In this document: positions 13,899 to 26,923 of the stretch, piece after piece | Position numbering within the stretch: position 1 is the first letter of the stretch | Layout of the letters: each line of letters begins with the position of its first letter | Origin: Trichosphaerium sp. ATCC 40318 | Lineage: Eukaryota; Protista; Tubulinea | Direction of reading: 5' to 3' | DNA length: 64,000 nt | NCBI GenBank assembly: GCA_038496445.1 | Contig: JALMLS010000385.1 | Location: 124,001-188,000, forward strand | Made by a program: the position numbers and the translations under genes | The notes under the pieces: generated by a model | What the model saw: only the letters and a program-made list of their open reading frames with translations | What the model was told of the DNA's origin: nothing | The model's database searches: none

Positions 13899-14204
13899 GT
13901 GTTGCAATCAATGGATTGATTCTTTTTTTTGTTTTTGTTTCCTTGGTTGTTTGTTTTGGCGTCCATTTGGTTCTTTTTATACTTATAATCATTATAGGGT
14001 ACAAAACACACAATGAAACAAATCAAAAGCCTTTTTTCGTCCTCTCCAGAAGGCAGTTTTTCTCCACGAAGCAAAAAAGAAAGATAAAAAAAAACATGGA
14101 AAGTTTATCTACAAAATAAAAATTGAATAATAACAATACGTTTTTGTAACAACAACTTTATATTTTCTTTCAAAGAAAAGCAGTACTAGAACGTGTATCC
14201 AAGT

Positions 14205-14299
14205 CATCAAGTTCAGCGTTTCCTTGAATTGACATTAGGTATTGCCATGCTAGCAGTGATGTACCTTAAAAATACAAGGTCTTCTGTATCTCAACAGTG
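14205..14299 (-). pseudogene. Relic fragment of a paralog of the C-type lectin gene
   Basis: Aligns by eye with 20680-20773 (CATCAAG.TCAGCGTTTCCTTGAATTGA.ATTAG ... AGTGATGTACCT ... TCTTCTGTATCTCAACAGT). Confidence 0.7.
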
Positions 14300-14572
14300 G
14301 GAAAATGATGCGTCGAAAATTGTAAGCGATGATGAAAGAATGCTTTTCTATTTTTGTACAGTTCGAACCGATATTGGTGATTTTCAATTACCTGTTACCG
14401 CCTTTAATAGTAATACTTGGTCATAGGTACATATTGATGCTAGATGCAACGTATAAAACGTGTTTTATGAAACAACAAAAGTGCAGTTCGAAGTCAATAT
14501 CAGTCTGCTCCACTCAACTTGTTTAGTAACTGTCTTTAACAATACAGCCACAATACGTAATAATCACCATTT

Positions 14573-15358
14573 ATGAGCATAATGAAGCAGGTAACAAGCA
14601 ATGAAGAGAAATTAAGTGTAAAATGCGAGCCTTGCCATCTATTCCTCCTTCCAGTCGAGATTCAGCTTGATATTATCGATTTGGACTCATCAATCTATTT
14701 AAAATGGCCTATTCTTTCTAAACAGATGGCTATGACGACAAGGTTTGATAGTGAGATGAATAAGCATGGAAAATGGCAAAGGCGAGGAGGAAACAAAGTT
14801 GTTTCTGAGGAGCGTTGGAACCATGGTTTACAGCATGGAGAGAGTAAAGCTTGGTTTGAAAATGGCCAATTAAAGGTACAATGTAATTACATTGATGGTA
14901 AGCGAGAAGGAGAGTACAGGTACTGGTATAAAAGTGGTCAATTATGGCAACAAATCTTTTATGTCAATGGTATACGTGAAGGAGTGTACAAGAGTTGGTA
15001 CAGAGATGGACAATTGTGGATACAATATAATGTTGTTAATGGTAAACAAGAAGGAGAGTACAAACGTTGGCGTGAAAATGGACGCTTGTGGGTGCAATAC
15101 AGTTTTGTCAATAATAAACGAGAAGGTCAGTATAATTGCTGGTGTGATAATGGCGTATTGGAGGAGCAGTGTAGGTTTATCAATGACAAACGGGAAGGAG
15201 AGAGTAAACAATGGTATGATAATGGTCAATTGAAGTCAGAATGTAATTACATCAATGGTAAGCGAGAAGGAGAGTATCAGAGTTGGTATCGTGATGGCCA
15301 AGTACAGGAATATTGTAATTTTGTCAATGACAGACGAGAGAAGCCTGTAGATGTTTAA
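14573..15358 (+). CDS. F-box + MORN-variant (YwqK-like) repeat protein; intronless
   Basis: LFLLPVEIQLDIIDL F-box-like start, then about 8 repeats of GExKxWYxNGQLxxQxxYxNGKRE. Confidence 0.85.
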   Translation: MSIMKQVTSNEEKLSVKCEPCHLFLLPVEIQLDIIDLDSSIYLKWPILSKQMAMTTRFDSEMNKHGKWQRRGGNKVVSEERWNHGLQHGESKAWFENGQLKVQCNYIDGKREGEYRYWYKSGQLWQQIFYVNGIREGVYKSWYRDGQLWIQYNVVNGKQEGEYKRWRENGRLWVQYSFVNNKREGQYNCWCDNGVLEEQCRFINDKREGESKQWYDNGQLKSECNYINGKREGEYQSWYRDGQVQEYCNFVNDRREKPVDV

Positions 15359-16168
15359 TGAACGAGTTGATTTGTTGCACAGCTTGATACCAAACATTAT
15401 TTGTAATTATTGCTGATAGTAGTATTACTTGGATACTTTGTGTGACTGAGGTACTGTGATAAAAGGTGTTAATACATAAATACAAGGTTGAATATTGTTT
15501 ATTTAAACAATGTTACATGATAAATTACTTCGTAGGTAGCATTATTTTGAAGTGAAGTCAAACACTTAAATCAATTTTTTGTCAATGGAGATAGTTAGGA
15601 TTTGTAAGCATGTACATTCGTAGTATTACATCACCCCTTAAAGTTTATGTAAATTCTTGTGGTGTACTATTTATAAGCTCGGCGTTATTATCATCCCTAC
15701 TATTGTCTTTCATTGAAGAAATCACGTGGCACTTTATTGTTTACGTTTCAGATTTTGACTTTGATTCAAAAAATCACATATTGCACGGCATTGCGGGAAT
15801 TTTGTAACAATTTTTAGCAAAATTCTGAACCCTTTTTCAGACTCTATGTCCCTTTTGTAGAGCAACAAAAAAAGTGCTGTTGTACCTTTTCGTTAGAAAC
15901 AGCAAACTCATAAAATTTTGCAATTTTTGAAATTATCAGTTCTCCATAACATCTATGGATTTGAAGAATCTGGGAGTCTAGTGTATAGAATACCTATTCT
16001 GACAAAGTGCTCTAAAATTGTGTATTTATTTGGCTTTGTAGGTATTCATTAAATGAACATTCTCAACTTGGCGCACTCTTCAACGTTTTGAAAAATTCAG
16101 TGAAAATAGTTTATTGTTGACAGCTCATTATTAACAATCTACTCAACAATCCAAACACAACTATCCGA

Positions 16169-17164
16169 ATGAATACACAACAAACTACCAACCTTCTAGA
16201 GCTACCTACAGAACTCCTAGCAGCAATATTGCTAAACGTATCAAAAGAGCGTTTCACAACAGTTCAGACGTGTAAGCGTCTCGCTAGCATTGTTCATGAC
16301 GTTATCGGATACACAAGTATACGAATACACATAAGAGACTGCCAACGCGTTAGCGGTTACAGCGGTGTTCTCTTGCATACTGTAATAAACGTTAAAAATA
16401 GGCTAGACGTTAATAAAACCACATTGGAGATGAGAAGAAAAGATGCAGCTGAAATGATTCCTTACCTAGCTGGCTCAAAAGTTGTCAACCTCAAGCAATC
16501 AGATATCTCAGATGAAGATATCAAAGAGTTTAATGGCGTTCATACTTTGAATGTAGATCATACATCCATTGAAGGGACATATCTTCACTTGTTCAAAGGA
16601 TTTAGTAGTAGCTGGAGTTTTCTCGTTGATAAGAATCTTTCAGGGCTTGCTGGTGTTCATACAATTAATCTTCAATGTGCCAGGAATATTACAGATGAAG
16701 GCATAAAGTGTTTAGCAGGTGTTCATAGCATTGACCTATCAGGAACACGTGTCACAGATGAAGGAATAAAAGCTCTCGCAGGTGTACACAAGATTTATCT
16801 GACTTGTACAAAGGTCACAGATAGTGGTGTCAAGGCATTAGCGGGTGTTCATACGATTGACTTAGTTGGCACTAAGATAACTGATGAAGGTGTAAAGGCA
16901 TTAAGTGGAGTATATGATATAAGACTATGCTTCTGTACAAATGTGACAAACGAAGGTATTCAGGCACTTGATGATAACTTGAAGGTTATCGGACTTGGGC
17001 AATTGGGTGTAACCGAAGATGTAAAAGATACACTGCGAGAACGAGGAGTGTTTATACATGAACAAGAATACTATGAAGACGACTACCACGAAGGGTCTAC
17101 CTACTTTCACCGTGGTATGGTAACACCTAACCCCATAGGTTTAATGACACGTGATGATTTGTAG
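16169..17164 (+). CDS. F-box + LRR protein; intronless
   Basis: LLELPTELLAAIL..QTCKRL..IVHDVIGY, then GVHTIxL..T.VTDEG.KALA repeats. Confidence 0.9.
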   Translation: MNTQQTTNLLELPTELLAAILLNVSKERFTTVQTCKRLASIVHDVIGYTSIRIHIRDCQRVSGYSGVLLHTVINVKNRLDVNKTTLEMRRKDAAEMIPYLAGSKVVNLKQSDISDEDIKEFNGVHTLNVDHTSIEGTYLHLFKGFSSSWSFLVDKNLSGLAGVHTINLQCARNITDEGIKCLAGVHSIDLSGTRVTDEGIKALAGVHKIYLTCTKVTDSGVKALAGVHTIDLVGTKITDEGVKALSGVYDIRLCFCTNVTNEGIQALDDNLKVIGLGQLGVTEDVKDTLRERGVFIHEQEYYEDDYHEGSTYFHRGMVTPNPIGLMTRDDL

Positions 17165-17345
17165 TACAATAAAAAAAAAAAAGCTGCTAACAATATTGTG
17201 TTAACATCGTTTATTTTTTACAATATCTCTATTTTACTGCTTGTTTTGTTGCTTTTGATACTATTGTTAGGGTTTTAGGATGGCTATGGTACATTTTAAG
17301 GATAGACAAGTTTTAATCTTTCGGTTTCGAGTTCCATGTGATGTT

Positions 17346-18161
17346 CTAGTCGAGAACGATTGGAATTGCATTACACGTGTTTCTCTGAAATGTAGTCGTT
17401 TAGTATTTTGTCTCTTGGTTACTACGTACTGCTTTTATTTTTGGCAACATTCTACGGCGAGCGTTGATGAACCAGTTATTTATTTGAGCATGAGACATAC
17501 CGGTCTAGAGCGATGTTAGAAATACCCAAAACTTAACCAAAAAACCCAGTACCTTCTCGCACAGAGATGCCTTTTGTTCTTCATCAGGGTATGGGTGATC
17601 AACGTGATTTTCAATCCACTATCATTGTAAGTAAGTACATTTTGTATTTGGGGTGTTAGGGGACGTACGATGACAAGGGTGGATCGTACAGATCTGGAGA
17701 AATTTACTCTTTTTCTTTTTTTATTCGAAGGTAAAAGAGAAATCCTTCTTTTCTTTTGAACTGGTTCAACAATGTCATACCCACCCCAATGAATATCTGG
17801 GTGTCCATGACTATAGTCATGCGTATAAGAGAACCTTAGAAATGCACAGTATTGATCAACAAAGTCATCAGCGTTTCTAAAAAGCTCTTCTTGTTGATGA
17901 ACACCTTCTTGTACACAAAGAGATGCGTCCTCAGCAAAAGAAGCTTGTACAACAGGACAAGAGGTTACAAAACGCTCGAATTCCTACATTGGTTAAGAAC
18001 ACGTGATAGTAGAATGGCGTAAGGGTACATACGTTACGGCTTTGTCTACGGCGCTTTTTAGAAGTTTTTGAAGTAAACGACACTCCAGTTGTTGAACTCG
18101 TATGAATAGAAGTATAAAGTTTACGAGCTACTTCATCAGATGTATTAGCTGTTGTTGCCAT
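17346..18161 (-). CDS. TALE-class homeodomain transcription factor; multi-exon, homeodomain not visible in the ORF track
   Basis: Spliced translation KRKRVNFSRSVRSTLVI|WIENHVDHPYPDEEQKASLCEK|TGMSHAQINNWFINARRRMLPK contains the PYP loop extension and WFINARRR helix 3. The last exon is tentative. Confidence 0.88.
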
Positions 18162-18997
18162 GGTTGTAATGAGAAATAATGGTTGTTTTAAGTTTCCTTT
18201 TTGGGTTTTTTTTAAACAGGCCAAAAACGGACTTTTAAATACCAAGTCGAGTTCTGTTCGCGTAGGCTTTTACGAAAATAACGGCGAATACGAATACAGC
18301 ATTTTGTAATAAAAACGGTTTTTGTCAACTGTTTCGTTTTATCTCGCTTTCTATACCTATGGCGCATCAAAGGACAAAGTTTTCACCTCATTCGAGTACA
18401 ATCGATACCATATGCCTAATTTAGCAAAACCTCAACTTTGGCGTTAGTAAGCGTTGTAAAGTATCCAAACTATTGCCTTTATTGCCCTGCCTGGCCCATT
18501 GAGAAGGAACATAACAACGTTTTAATTTCAGTACCAGAATAAAAAATACCGGAATGTTATCCCGGCCGGTGGTTTGTAAAAATGTTTGTTCCGGGGGCCA
18601 TCCGAACGGTAAAGAAAAACACAGTTGGAAGAAAAAATTGTAAGTTTTACTAATACGTTTGTACTGATACCGTTTAATTAGGATCATTCCTTTTTGGGAC
18701 TACTTTTTAATTATTTCTTTCGCCGCTGTAGTGAGTTTGTGCTATGTTTGATATACCCTATCGCTGGCGTGCAGCTTACTCAACAATTATTAAGCCCTTA
18801 CACCACAACTAAAACCACGACAAACGCTGTAGTAGGTTAAGTAGTTAACCCTACAGCAAAACACTTGTTTACACGTGTTCAACAAAGTCATGCTTGGCAC
18901 ATCCTCATTTTTATTTGTCAAAGAAATAGTATGGTACACAGTATCTACATCAGTATATCAGAAGATGACTTCACATCTCAAAGGTCAAACTGAGAGA

Positions 18998-19858
18998 CTA
19001 ATATCTCTTTATCTCTGATGCACCAGTTAATGCCAATACTTCCCTGTCATCTGTTATTTCTCCAATAGACATGCGAATAGTATGTACGCCTGAAAGAGAC
19101 TGTAATCCTGCAGCCGTAATTGTTTTGCAACATATCAAGCTAATAGTATGTACACCCACTAATGATGCCAACCCGTTATCTGTTACCTTTGTATCTGATA
19201 AATTAATGTCATATACGCCCGCCAGCGCTTTGATTCCCTCATCTGTTATCATCTTACAGGCACAAAGTACAATTGTATGTACACCTGCCAACGCCTTCAA
19301 ACCTTCATCTGTTACTCTTGTACCAGATAAATCAATCTTATGTACACCTGCCAACGCCTTGATGCCCTTATCTGTAATTGCTTTGCAGGCACACAATACA
19401 ATAGTGTGCACACCAGCCAACACTTCCAACTCTTCATCTATTACATCTGTGTATTCTAAGTTTATCTCATGTACACCTGCCAATGTATTGATACCATTGG
19501 TTGTAATTGATTGATATCGCAGGTCAATTGTATGTACACCTTTAAGTAAATTCAAGTGGTTATCATTTGTTGTAAACCCGTTTTTAAAAGATATACACGT
19601 GTTCTGGAGTAACGGACTACCAGAGAGGAGCTGAATGTCATTCTCGCTCGAAACACAGATTTTACCATATCCAACATGGTTGCGAACAATATCTCGCAAC
19701 AGGTGGCATGTTTGGGCTGAAGGGAGTGTAGATTGCAAATGTTTTACGATGTGAACTATTAGTTCAACTGGAAGTTTAACAAGGTTGAACAAGTCTTGAT
19801 TATCTGTCATTACAATAATTAGTAGGTTTGTATTGTCGTTAGTTTTACAAGTCCACAC
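18998..19858 (-). CDS. F-box + LRR protein; intronless, ATG start probably near 19810
   Basis: LVKLPVELIVHIV..SAQTCHLLRDIV..VGY..LSGSPLLQNT, then GVHTIxL repeats. Confidence 0.9.
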   Translation of the reverse strand: MWTCKTNDNTNLLIIVMTDNQDLFNLVKLPVELIVHIVKHLQSTLPSAQTCHLLRDIVRNHVGYGKICVSSENDIQLLSGSPLLQNTCISFKNGFTTNDNHLNLLKGVHTIDLRYQSITTNGINTLAGVHEINLEYTDVIDEELEVLAGVHTIVLCACKAITDKGIKALAGVHKIDLSGTRVTDEGLKALAGVHTIVLCACKMITDEGIKALAGVYDINLSDTKVTDNGLASLVGVHTISLICCKTITAAGLQSLSGVHTIRMSIGEITDDREVLALTGASEIKRY

Positions 19859-20089
19859 TGTATATTTTTGTCGTAGTGCTTAACTCGTTGTTAATAGCAG
19901 TGTTGTATTGAAATTAGCATATTGTGTTGAGGCTAGCAAACTGTTATGTGAACAATATTCAGTTGCCTGTAAACTTTTCTCTTAACCGTTTTCCTTACTT
20001 TACGTATCCAAAGGGGAGTATAGAGTATATTTAAACTCGGTTTAAAACAGTGTAAAAATAAGAATTTGGTTAAGATCGGAAAGAAATTA

Positions 20090-22141
20090 AAAATACATTG
20101 AAGGACAAGCAGTTTGAAATTTGAAAGTTGTTTTTCTTTTTCTCACCACATGATCTTCCCTTCAGAACCAAGGCGGAAAAAGTAGGTGCTTCTCTACTCA
20201 TAAGGGTACTGTGTATTAAATACAATTCCGCTTGTAGCAGGCCAGCAGTTTGCTAAAAAAATGAGTATAAAAATCTATGTCACCGCGACCAGCTGTTGCT
20301 ATTGTTAAGTTTTCTTTATTTTACAGTATTATCATAGCAATTAAAGCTATTATTGGTAATATCCAAACACGCATAACCACATTTCCAGAGGAACTACAAC
20401 GATTGGAAAAAACATTCTTGAATGTAAATGCTGTTGCTTTTCTGAAAAACGCTTTTGATCTTTCAACACATTGCTCTGGTGGTACTACTACAATTGGTTC
20501 TATTTCATTACATGCCTTTTGTTGAGTTATTATTAGTTTAATCTCCTTAGGGCACCTGTAAGTCAAAACATCTAACTAACACAGCTGTACCTCATCTGTT
20601 TTAAAAGATATATCAAACGCTCCTTCAACACATCCTTGGACATCAATTACAGATGACTTTGATACATCTAGTACTGTGCCATCAAGCTCAGCGTTTCCTT
20701 GAATTGAAATTAGTGTTTGCCGTGATAGTAGTGATGTACCTGAAATATACAAGTTCTTCTGTATCTCAACAGTAGGAGTGTCGGCAACAAATGGTTCTAT
20801 AATAAATTGTAAGCTACTGATGATTGATAAGTTGTTTTCTATTTAGCACTAACCTGATGGTGTATTGTTAGTTTCAAACTCACAAACAAAGCGTGCTTTT
20901 GTATTACACAATACATCTGACCATCCATTAATACCCCTTTCAAGCTACGTAAGAAAACACAACTATTTGAATTGCATGACTTACATGCGAATACACCGTT
21001 CTTGTTCATATCTTTGAGGTTCAGTTTCGGCCCATGGGAACTCTCCAAATACAGAACCATATTCCCAAGGTTCTCCACTAACCTTTGAGTATACTGTAAG
21101 TGTTGCAAAGGCACAAAAAAAAAGTGTACCCAGCCAAACTCAAAATGAGTGCGAAACCCACTTGTCAATCCAATCCACACCCTGTTTCGTACAATAATAG
21201 TTCGCAAAAAATCTTGCTCTTCAGATGAAGTCAATGTAGCCACATACCCACCTTGTTTCATACATATACCTACGCAGTACAGTCAGTACAAACAATCCAG
21301 AAAATAGCCATAAAAAAAAGGCAATAAAGCGAAATTACATTTTCCAGTATTCTGAAAACAATAGATAATTATTTGTTGTACTACCTTGAGCAACGGTGAA
21401 ATGTACGCCATCCTTGAGGTAGGCATTATAACAATGGCCTATTAGCAATTAGCCAACACATATTGTTTAATTTTGTGTTTTTTCAGAAAACTGCCAAGAA
21501 CTTACCAGCAAACGAGTTTTGACATGTTATATTAGCGTCAGCAGTATTAATACAAGGTGTAGGTGAATTCAATGAGTTCTGTTGTATGCCAGATTCGCAT
21601 ACAAAGTGTTCAGCAAGCGAACAATTTTCTCTAATAAGCTTTAAAAAAGTTAGCCTAACTTCCAGTAAACTGACAACGGCGTACTCCTTCGGCGTATGCA
21701 ACACAATTTGTCACATTGTCAAGATCTACGAAATCGTCTGCTATTAGTATTTCCGAAATAGTTGTATTATCACTCCATAGAAGCCTAGAGTCATTCCTTC
21801 GAACCGACAACTGAAGACCCTAGTTTATATTGCGTCAGCATCAACCTAAACACAAAACTCTTCCGTAACTTTTTCTGAAAAAACAATAAACGTACGGGGA
21901 ACGTAGATATGAACGATGCCTCTATAATCGTATCAAAAACAAGCGGTTTTGTTCCTTACAAAATAAATTAGTTCGGAGTTGCACAACGAGTCTGTTTACC
22001 GTCAGCACAAGTGTTCTCTACGCCTTCTACGACGTTATGAAGATGGTACACATTATTTTGCCTTGTGCACGACGATGAAAGAACTAGCGGTATTATATAT
22101 AATACCAGTGCTATGAAGGTACGCAATAAATATACTGGCAT
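20090..22141 (-). CDS. C-type lectin domain membrane protein; multi-exon, 3' end approximate
   Basis: Signal peptide MPVYLLRTFIALVLYII; lectin motif C.KQGGYVATLTSSEEQDFL...VWIGL; transmembrane segment WILPIIALIAMIIL. Confidence 0.65.
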
Positions 22142-23175
22142 TTGTACTGTGCAATTAAACAAATAACTACAGATTTGATGTTTATTGGTCTGACTTTGTT
22201 TTACTTCGAGCGAGTTTTCATTCATGAACGCTTAGATTTTTGATATTTCCGGCCTGCCGCCTTTTTCGGACGAACTGTTCATAGGTGCATGTTGCTGTTA
22301 GACATAAGTTGCAAAACATGCCTCTATCTCTTTGTCCTGAGTATGATTGTTTTCTAAATGGCGAATCAACTGTATTCCGTTCAGTCAAAACGGCAGTGCT
22401 AGAACTGAAAACAATAAATTAACAAAAACTCCTATTAATATGAGCATCAGAACAGTCATGATAAACTACAAAGTTTATAGCCGCAAACTTTACAACGCTT
22501 GTACTAATCAATAAATAGTGTTTTTTATGATTACTGTGAACAGTTCAGTTGTTGGCTAAGGCTGTAGGAAGTGGTTTAATGACGTGTAGGGCCCCGCCCA
22601 CTCTAGTAGCGAGTATGTTAATATTATTTTGGCTGGTTTATAGGTGTGATTTGGAACTAAGGTTTGACGCCATCCATCGCCTTTGACATTGGCTAACAAT
22701 GTCGTACAAACAACAAACCCAACTGAACAGGTATTTAAATGTTCGTTTGTTTAAATTGGATATTTTCAACCACGGAGTATTTCCCAACACCAATAGTCCG
22801 CATAGATAGTACCACAGTTGTTATAATAATAAAGGTGTAGGCGGGAGGAAGTGGGAGATTTGCTAACATGGCCAACAACGTGATTTTGTAGCTCTGTACC
22901 AGTTTTTAAACAGGTATGTATACAAGTTTGACATTACTGCAGTCCCAAAGGTACTCGTCGTACTGAAGCAGAGTATTCGGTGAGTACTTTTCGTGTACAA
23001 TTTTAATGATACTGTCGCGTGGAAACTTTCATACAGAAACGTTTGTATAAGGTACTCAGTGAGAGAAACGTGAGAAATAAATCACAATTCGGGATTGAAA
23101 AATAGCGAGTTTTCTTTGGTTTCTTTTAAGCCACGAGAATCACTTTTTTGTTTTTTTGTTAACTTGATACACACC

Positions 23176-24182
23176 ATGCACAAACTGACTGTCTTATTAT
23201 TAACTCTATACGCCTTTTCTACCGTATTATCGCAAGTACGTCACTTTTGGTTTTACTCTGACGTCGTTTTTACTCGTATAACGTTTATACTGTCTTAAAC
23301 GTTACCGAGTACTAGAAAAACACCCAGAATTTGATTTAAAACGATAATTAAACGAGAACCAAAAACACAAAAAAAAATGTTCCAGAAGTTTCTAGTACAA
23401 AAAAGATCGTCATGCTCATTTTGTTTCCTTTTTGGTGCTTTACAGACGTATTCGTCACTGCCCGTAACCGGTTTTTTTTGACCCAACTCATGTCCCTTGC
23501 CTAGAATGTTACTACGCCTCCTGATAGCATGTGCTGCTATAGATTACAAGGGCCACACTTACAGTCATTCATGATACCAGAAGACAGAGAACATGCAGAT
23601 TTAGCTGTAAATGAAGGAAACCCAATCAAGATGGCTAACGGTGATGACTTGGAGCAAGGTTGTAACGGTTTTGAAACAGAATATTGGCATCCTGATGGTT
23701 ACTGGACCAGTAATTATACTGACGTCGACGGAAACGAAAGGTAACAATATCACGTGATATTTTTTTTTTCGTTCGACAAAAGTTACTAACTGTTCTCAAG
23801 GACTGTTATTGATAACTTCTATGCTACTGCGCATGACATGATAAACATTCGCCGCTTACAGGTTTGGCAATATAACTTGGAGGATATACTCAGTGGTACA
23901 AGGAGTAGGCTTTGGATTACATGTAACAATGGTAAGTAGTTTGGAATTTAATTACGGTTTTTTTTAATTAAAAACCATTCACAAACGTATTGGACTGTGC
24001 CGCTTACTGATGGTCTTTTTGAAGGTCAAACATCGTGCCTTGAGTTTACAGTTAATGGAGATAATATCACTGATTTGGGTGCTTATGACGCGTCTTGTTT
24101 TACCAGCGGAGCTAATAGAAACTTCCAACTATTCTTTTCATGTCTATTGCTTGTAATTCTCGTAGTACTTTTCGTAATGTAA
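23176..24182 (+). CDS. Cys-containing cell-surface protein, probably GPI-anchored; unknown function
   Basis: Signal peptide MHKLTVLLLTLYAFSTVLS, GT-AG exons, and a C-terminal SGA followed by a hydrophobic tail. Confidence 0.65.
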
Positions 24183-24519
24183 GCTCATAACACAAAGTAG
24201 TTTATCAAATAAATTTGTTCCATGTTACATCGTGGTTGTAGTCGCAATACTGTTGGACGCAGTCAATTTATTCTGTCCATATATACATCGTACAATGTAA
24301 TGTGTGAAAAGGCCGAACTTAAGTCATTAATACCGCTTTAGTAGTATCACGAAGAAGAAATACTGTGTCACGATAATCTGCTCATGAACTTAAGATACAA
24401 CTTAGACGTACCTACAACTCATATCAACGCATTATCTGCTGTGTCGTAACGTACTGCAATACATAAAATACATTTTATTGCTACAAAAATTGAAAACAAT
24501 TCAACATTTAATCACTTTG

Positions 24520-26640
24520 AGCGAGCTGGAGCGAGTAATCTGCCACAGTTTTAAGTTTTTGGTGACTTTTTGGGACTAAGTTTTACTGTGTCTCCGTCCT
24601 CCTATATTTTTGAGTGCATTTAGAGCGTTCACACCCATTTAAAGTTTAAGTCATATCCACTTGGTAAATTAACAATATAACCAGCACTCGACGTAACAGT
24701 TGTTCTACTGAACTTTAATCCAAGGTAATGAATGCCATTTGTATCTCCTAAACAAAAATAAATAACACAAAAGATTGTATGTTAAAAACATTCCAAAAGC
24801 GCCATAAGTAGCTGTATGAAGAATGGTGTGACTGACCACCTCATATCTATAGAAAAGTGTGCATGTGTTGTCAGCACAATCAACTTTTAGAAGGAGGAAG
24901 TAAAAGAGGAGGAATAATTGAACAAAAGAAAAGTACTCAATAGGGTTTTCTGAAAAACGACTTTCGGTGGTTGGGACGTACTGCAAAATACAACAACATG
25001 AATATGTGCCCATGATTTGTTTGAACGGATAATCATTAATAGGTTATCTGCAGCTAAGTCCCCACCATCACCTTAACGGTATCTGTTTGTGATTATCCTA
25101 AGTTTCTTCAAACTACAAAATCCAATGAACTTGTTAAGCCACGCAAACAGTTCTTAAACAGTTCTTGAGAAGATGTCATTTGAATCACCTACAGCCATTT
25201 AATTAAGACAAGATAATATGGGTCCTGTGCATAGAATATACTTATACAAAGAAGTTGTTTGTGGTGCTTACTTTTGTTTCTTTTTCATGTTTTTCAAGCA
25301 TTGAGAGGAGTTCTTTGTTTTCTTTTGATAGCTTATCATCAACCCAGAGTATTAAACACTTTGCATCTCTCCAGCTAAGATTGAATTCTGATGCATCTGA
25401 TATATTTGTCCTCTTGTAGTATACAAGATATCTATACAAAAGAAAAAAAGTTAAAAAAAACTTAGTTTTTTTAGATTCTTTTACTTGGTTTTTAGAGAAC
25501 ACAATAATTTCGTCAGCATCTGGTTTCTCGTCTATTGGGCATGGAAAGAATGCGTTTATGGTACTCTTTTGTTATACAACAGCATAATGAGAGTCATAAC
25601 CGGGCTTGAAATAGATTCAATAAAGCATGAATATATAAAACATACCTTGTATTGCTTTCCCAGAAGACTATTGAAGGATTAGGATCTTCTGATACCGGAT
25701 ATGCTTTTCCCATCATAACCCACGATATCAACATACAATTCTCACCAAGCGTCTCTTGGAGTTCAGCATACAAAGAACCTAAAGCGTCAAATAAATATTC
25801 AGTAGAAAGAAGCAAGACTTGATAGCAAAAGTTTTACATATGACGGGTACTGAGTGAAGTATATGCCCTTTCCTACGATTCTGTTGGTTAAATATAACCT
25901 TTAGATAATAAATTGAAGTTACCAAAATACCCAGGATAAGTTTGGTTAGTAAGTTCATGCGGTTCCAAAAAATTATTTGAAGCAATCTTAAAGCTAGCTT
26001 CCTTGACAAAACACGTTATTAGTAGTCAATAAATTACTAATCAGTCTTACCTCAAAAGTACCATGAAATCCAGCTATGAGGTTTATACCTTCATTTCCAG
26101 ATACTCTCATAACGTAATTCTGTAAATGCCACCGGACCCCTTTTTTAAGTTAACAATGTGACTTAACTTATTTATTTATTTTCTTTAAGTACCATTGCTT
26201 GTACGGTGTATCATCTAAAGATGTTATTTTAAGGATGACTTACATTGAAACTTACTTTGTTTATCTTTGTCATCGCGGGTGAGGTTTCGGCTGATAGTTT
26301 TTTCAACGAGTTTTCATAGCAGTGCTTTAAAGTCGTTTTGTAGTTGTTGATTTTCAAAAAAGACTATCTTAGATAACGTAAAGTATGACTCTTTATCAGC
26401 TCCAACAAAGTTATAAAATAAATTTCTAGCGCGTATATACTCCTTAGCACGTTCCTAAATAATAAGTGACGTATTCCACTGAACTGTAGATACGCACAGG
26501 TACAACTTCATTTTTTAGCAATGTTGTGAAACGAACATTGCCTCTTTCCTCCCACTTTCCGTTACTGTAAAAAGATGCACCTGAAACGCTATTCCAGGTA
26601 TCCATACAAGTTCCAAGTAATACAGGACACCCCTTTTCAA
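24520..26640 (-). pseudogene. PARP-like ADP-ribosyltransferase pseudogene
   Basis: Motifs AGFHGT, PGYFGKGIYFTQYPSY, MGKAYPVSEDP, LLGK..PGYDSHYA, DEIIVFSKNQ, then LILWVDD. Disabled by an in-frame TGA near 26315, frameshifts and an out-of-phase donor near 25837. Ends approximate. Confidence 0.75.
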
Positions 26641-26923
26641 TGCACTCATTGGTAACAATGAATCCTAAAACAGCCTTTTACAAAAAAGCTCCAAACTTCA
26701 ATACTCAAAGAAAAGTTTATCATGCATTGTAAGATGAAGTTCTCTGTACGTGCTAACAGATTTGAAGCTCAAAAAAAAACCACGTGAGACAATTGCAAGT
26801 GCGTAAAGAAACGGTGTGTACAAGTGAATTGTCGCGTTCTCACGTTTAGTTTTGACTTGCCGCTGAATTTAGGCGGCAAATCTCCGATTGGCGCTAAAAC
26901 CGTTCAAACAATTATAGTACAAC

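Noticed and set aside
18480-22860. GC-rich patches at about 18480-18610 and 22585-22860 as possible ncRNAs
   Set aside because: No recognisable snRNA or snoRNA motifs and no convincing fold; probably promoter sequence.
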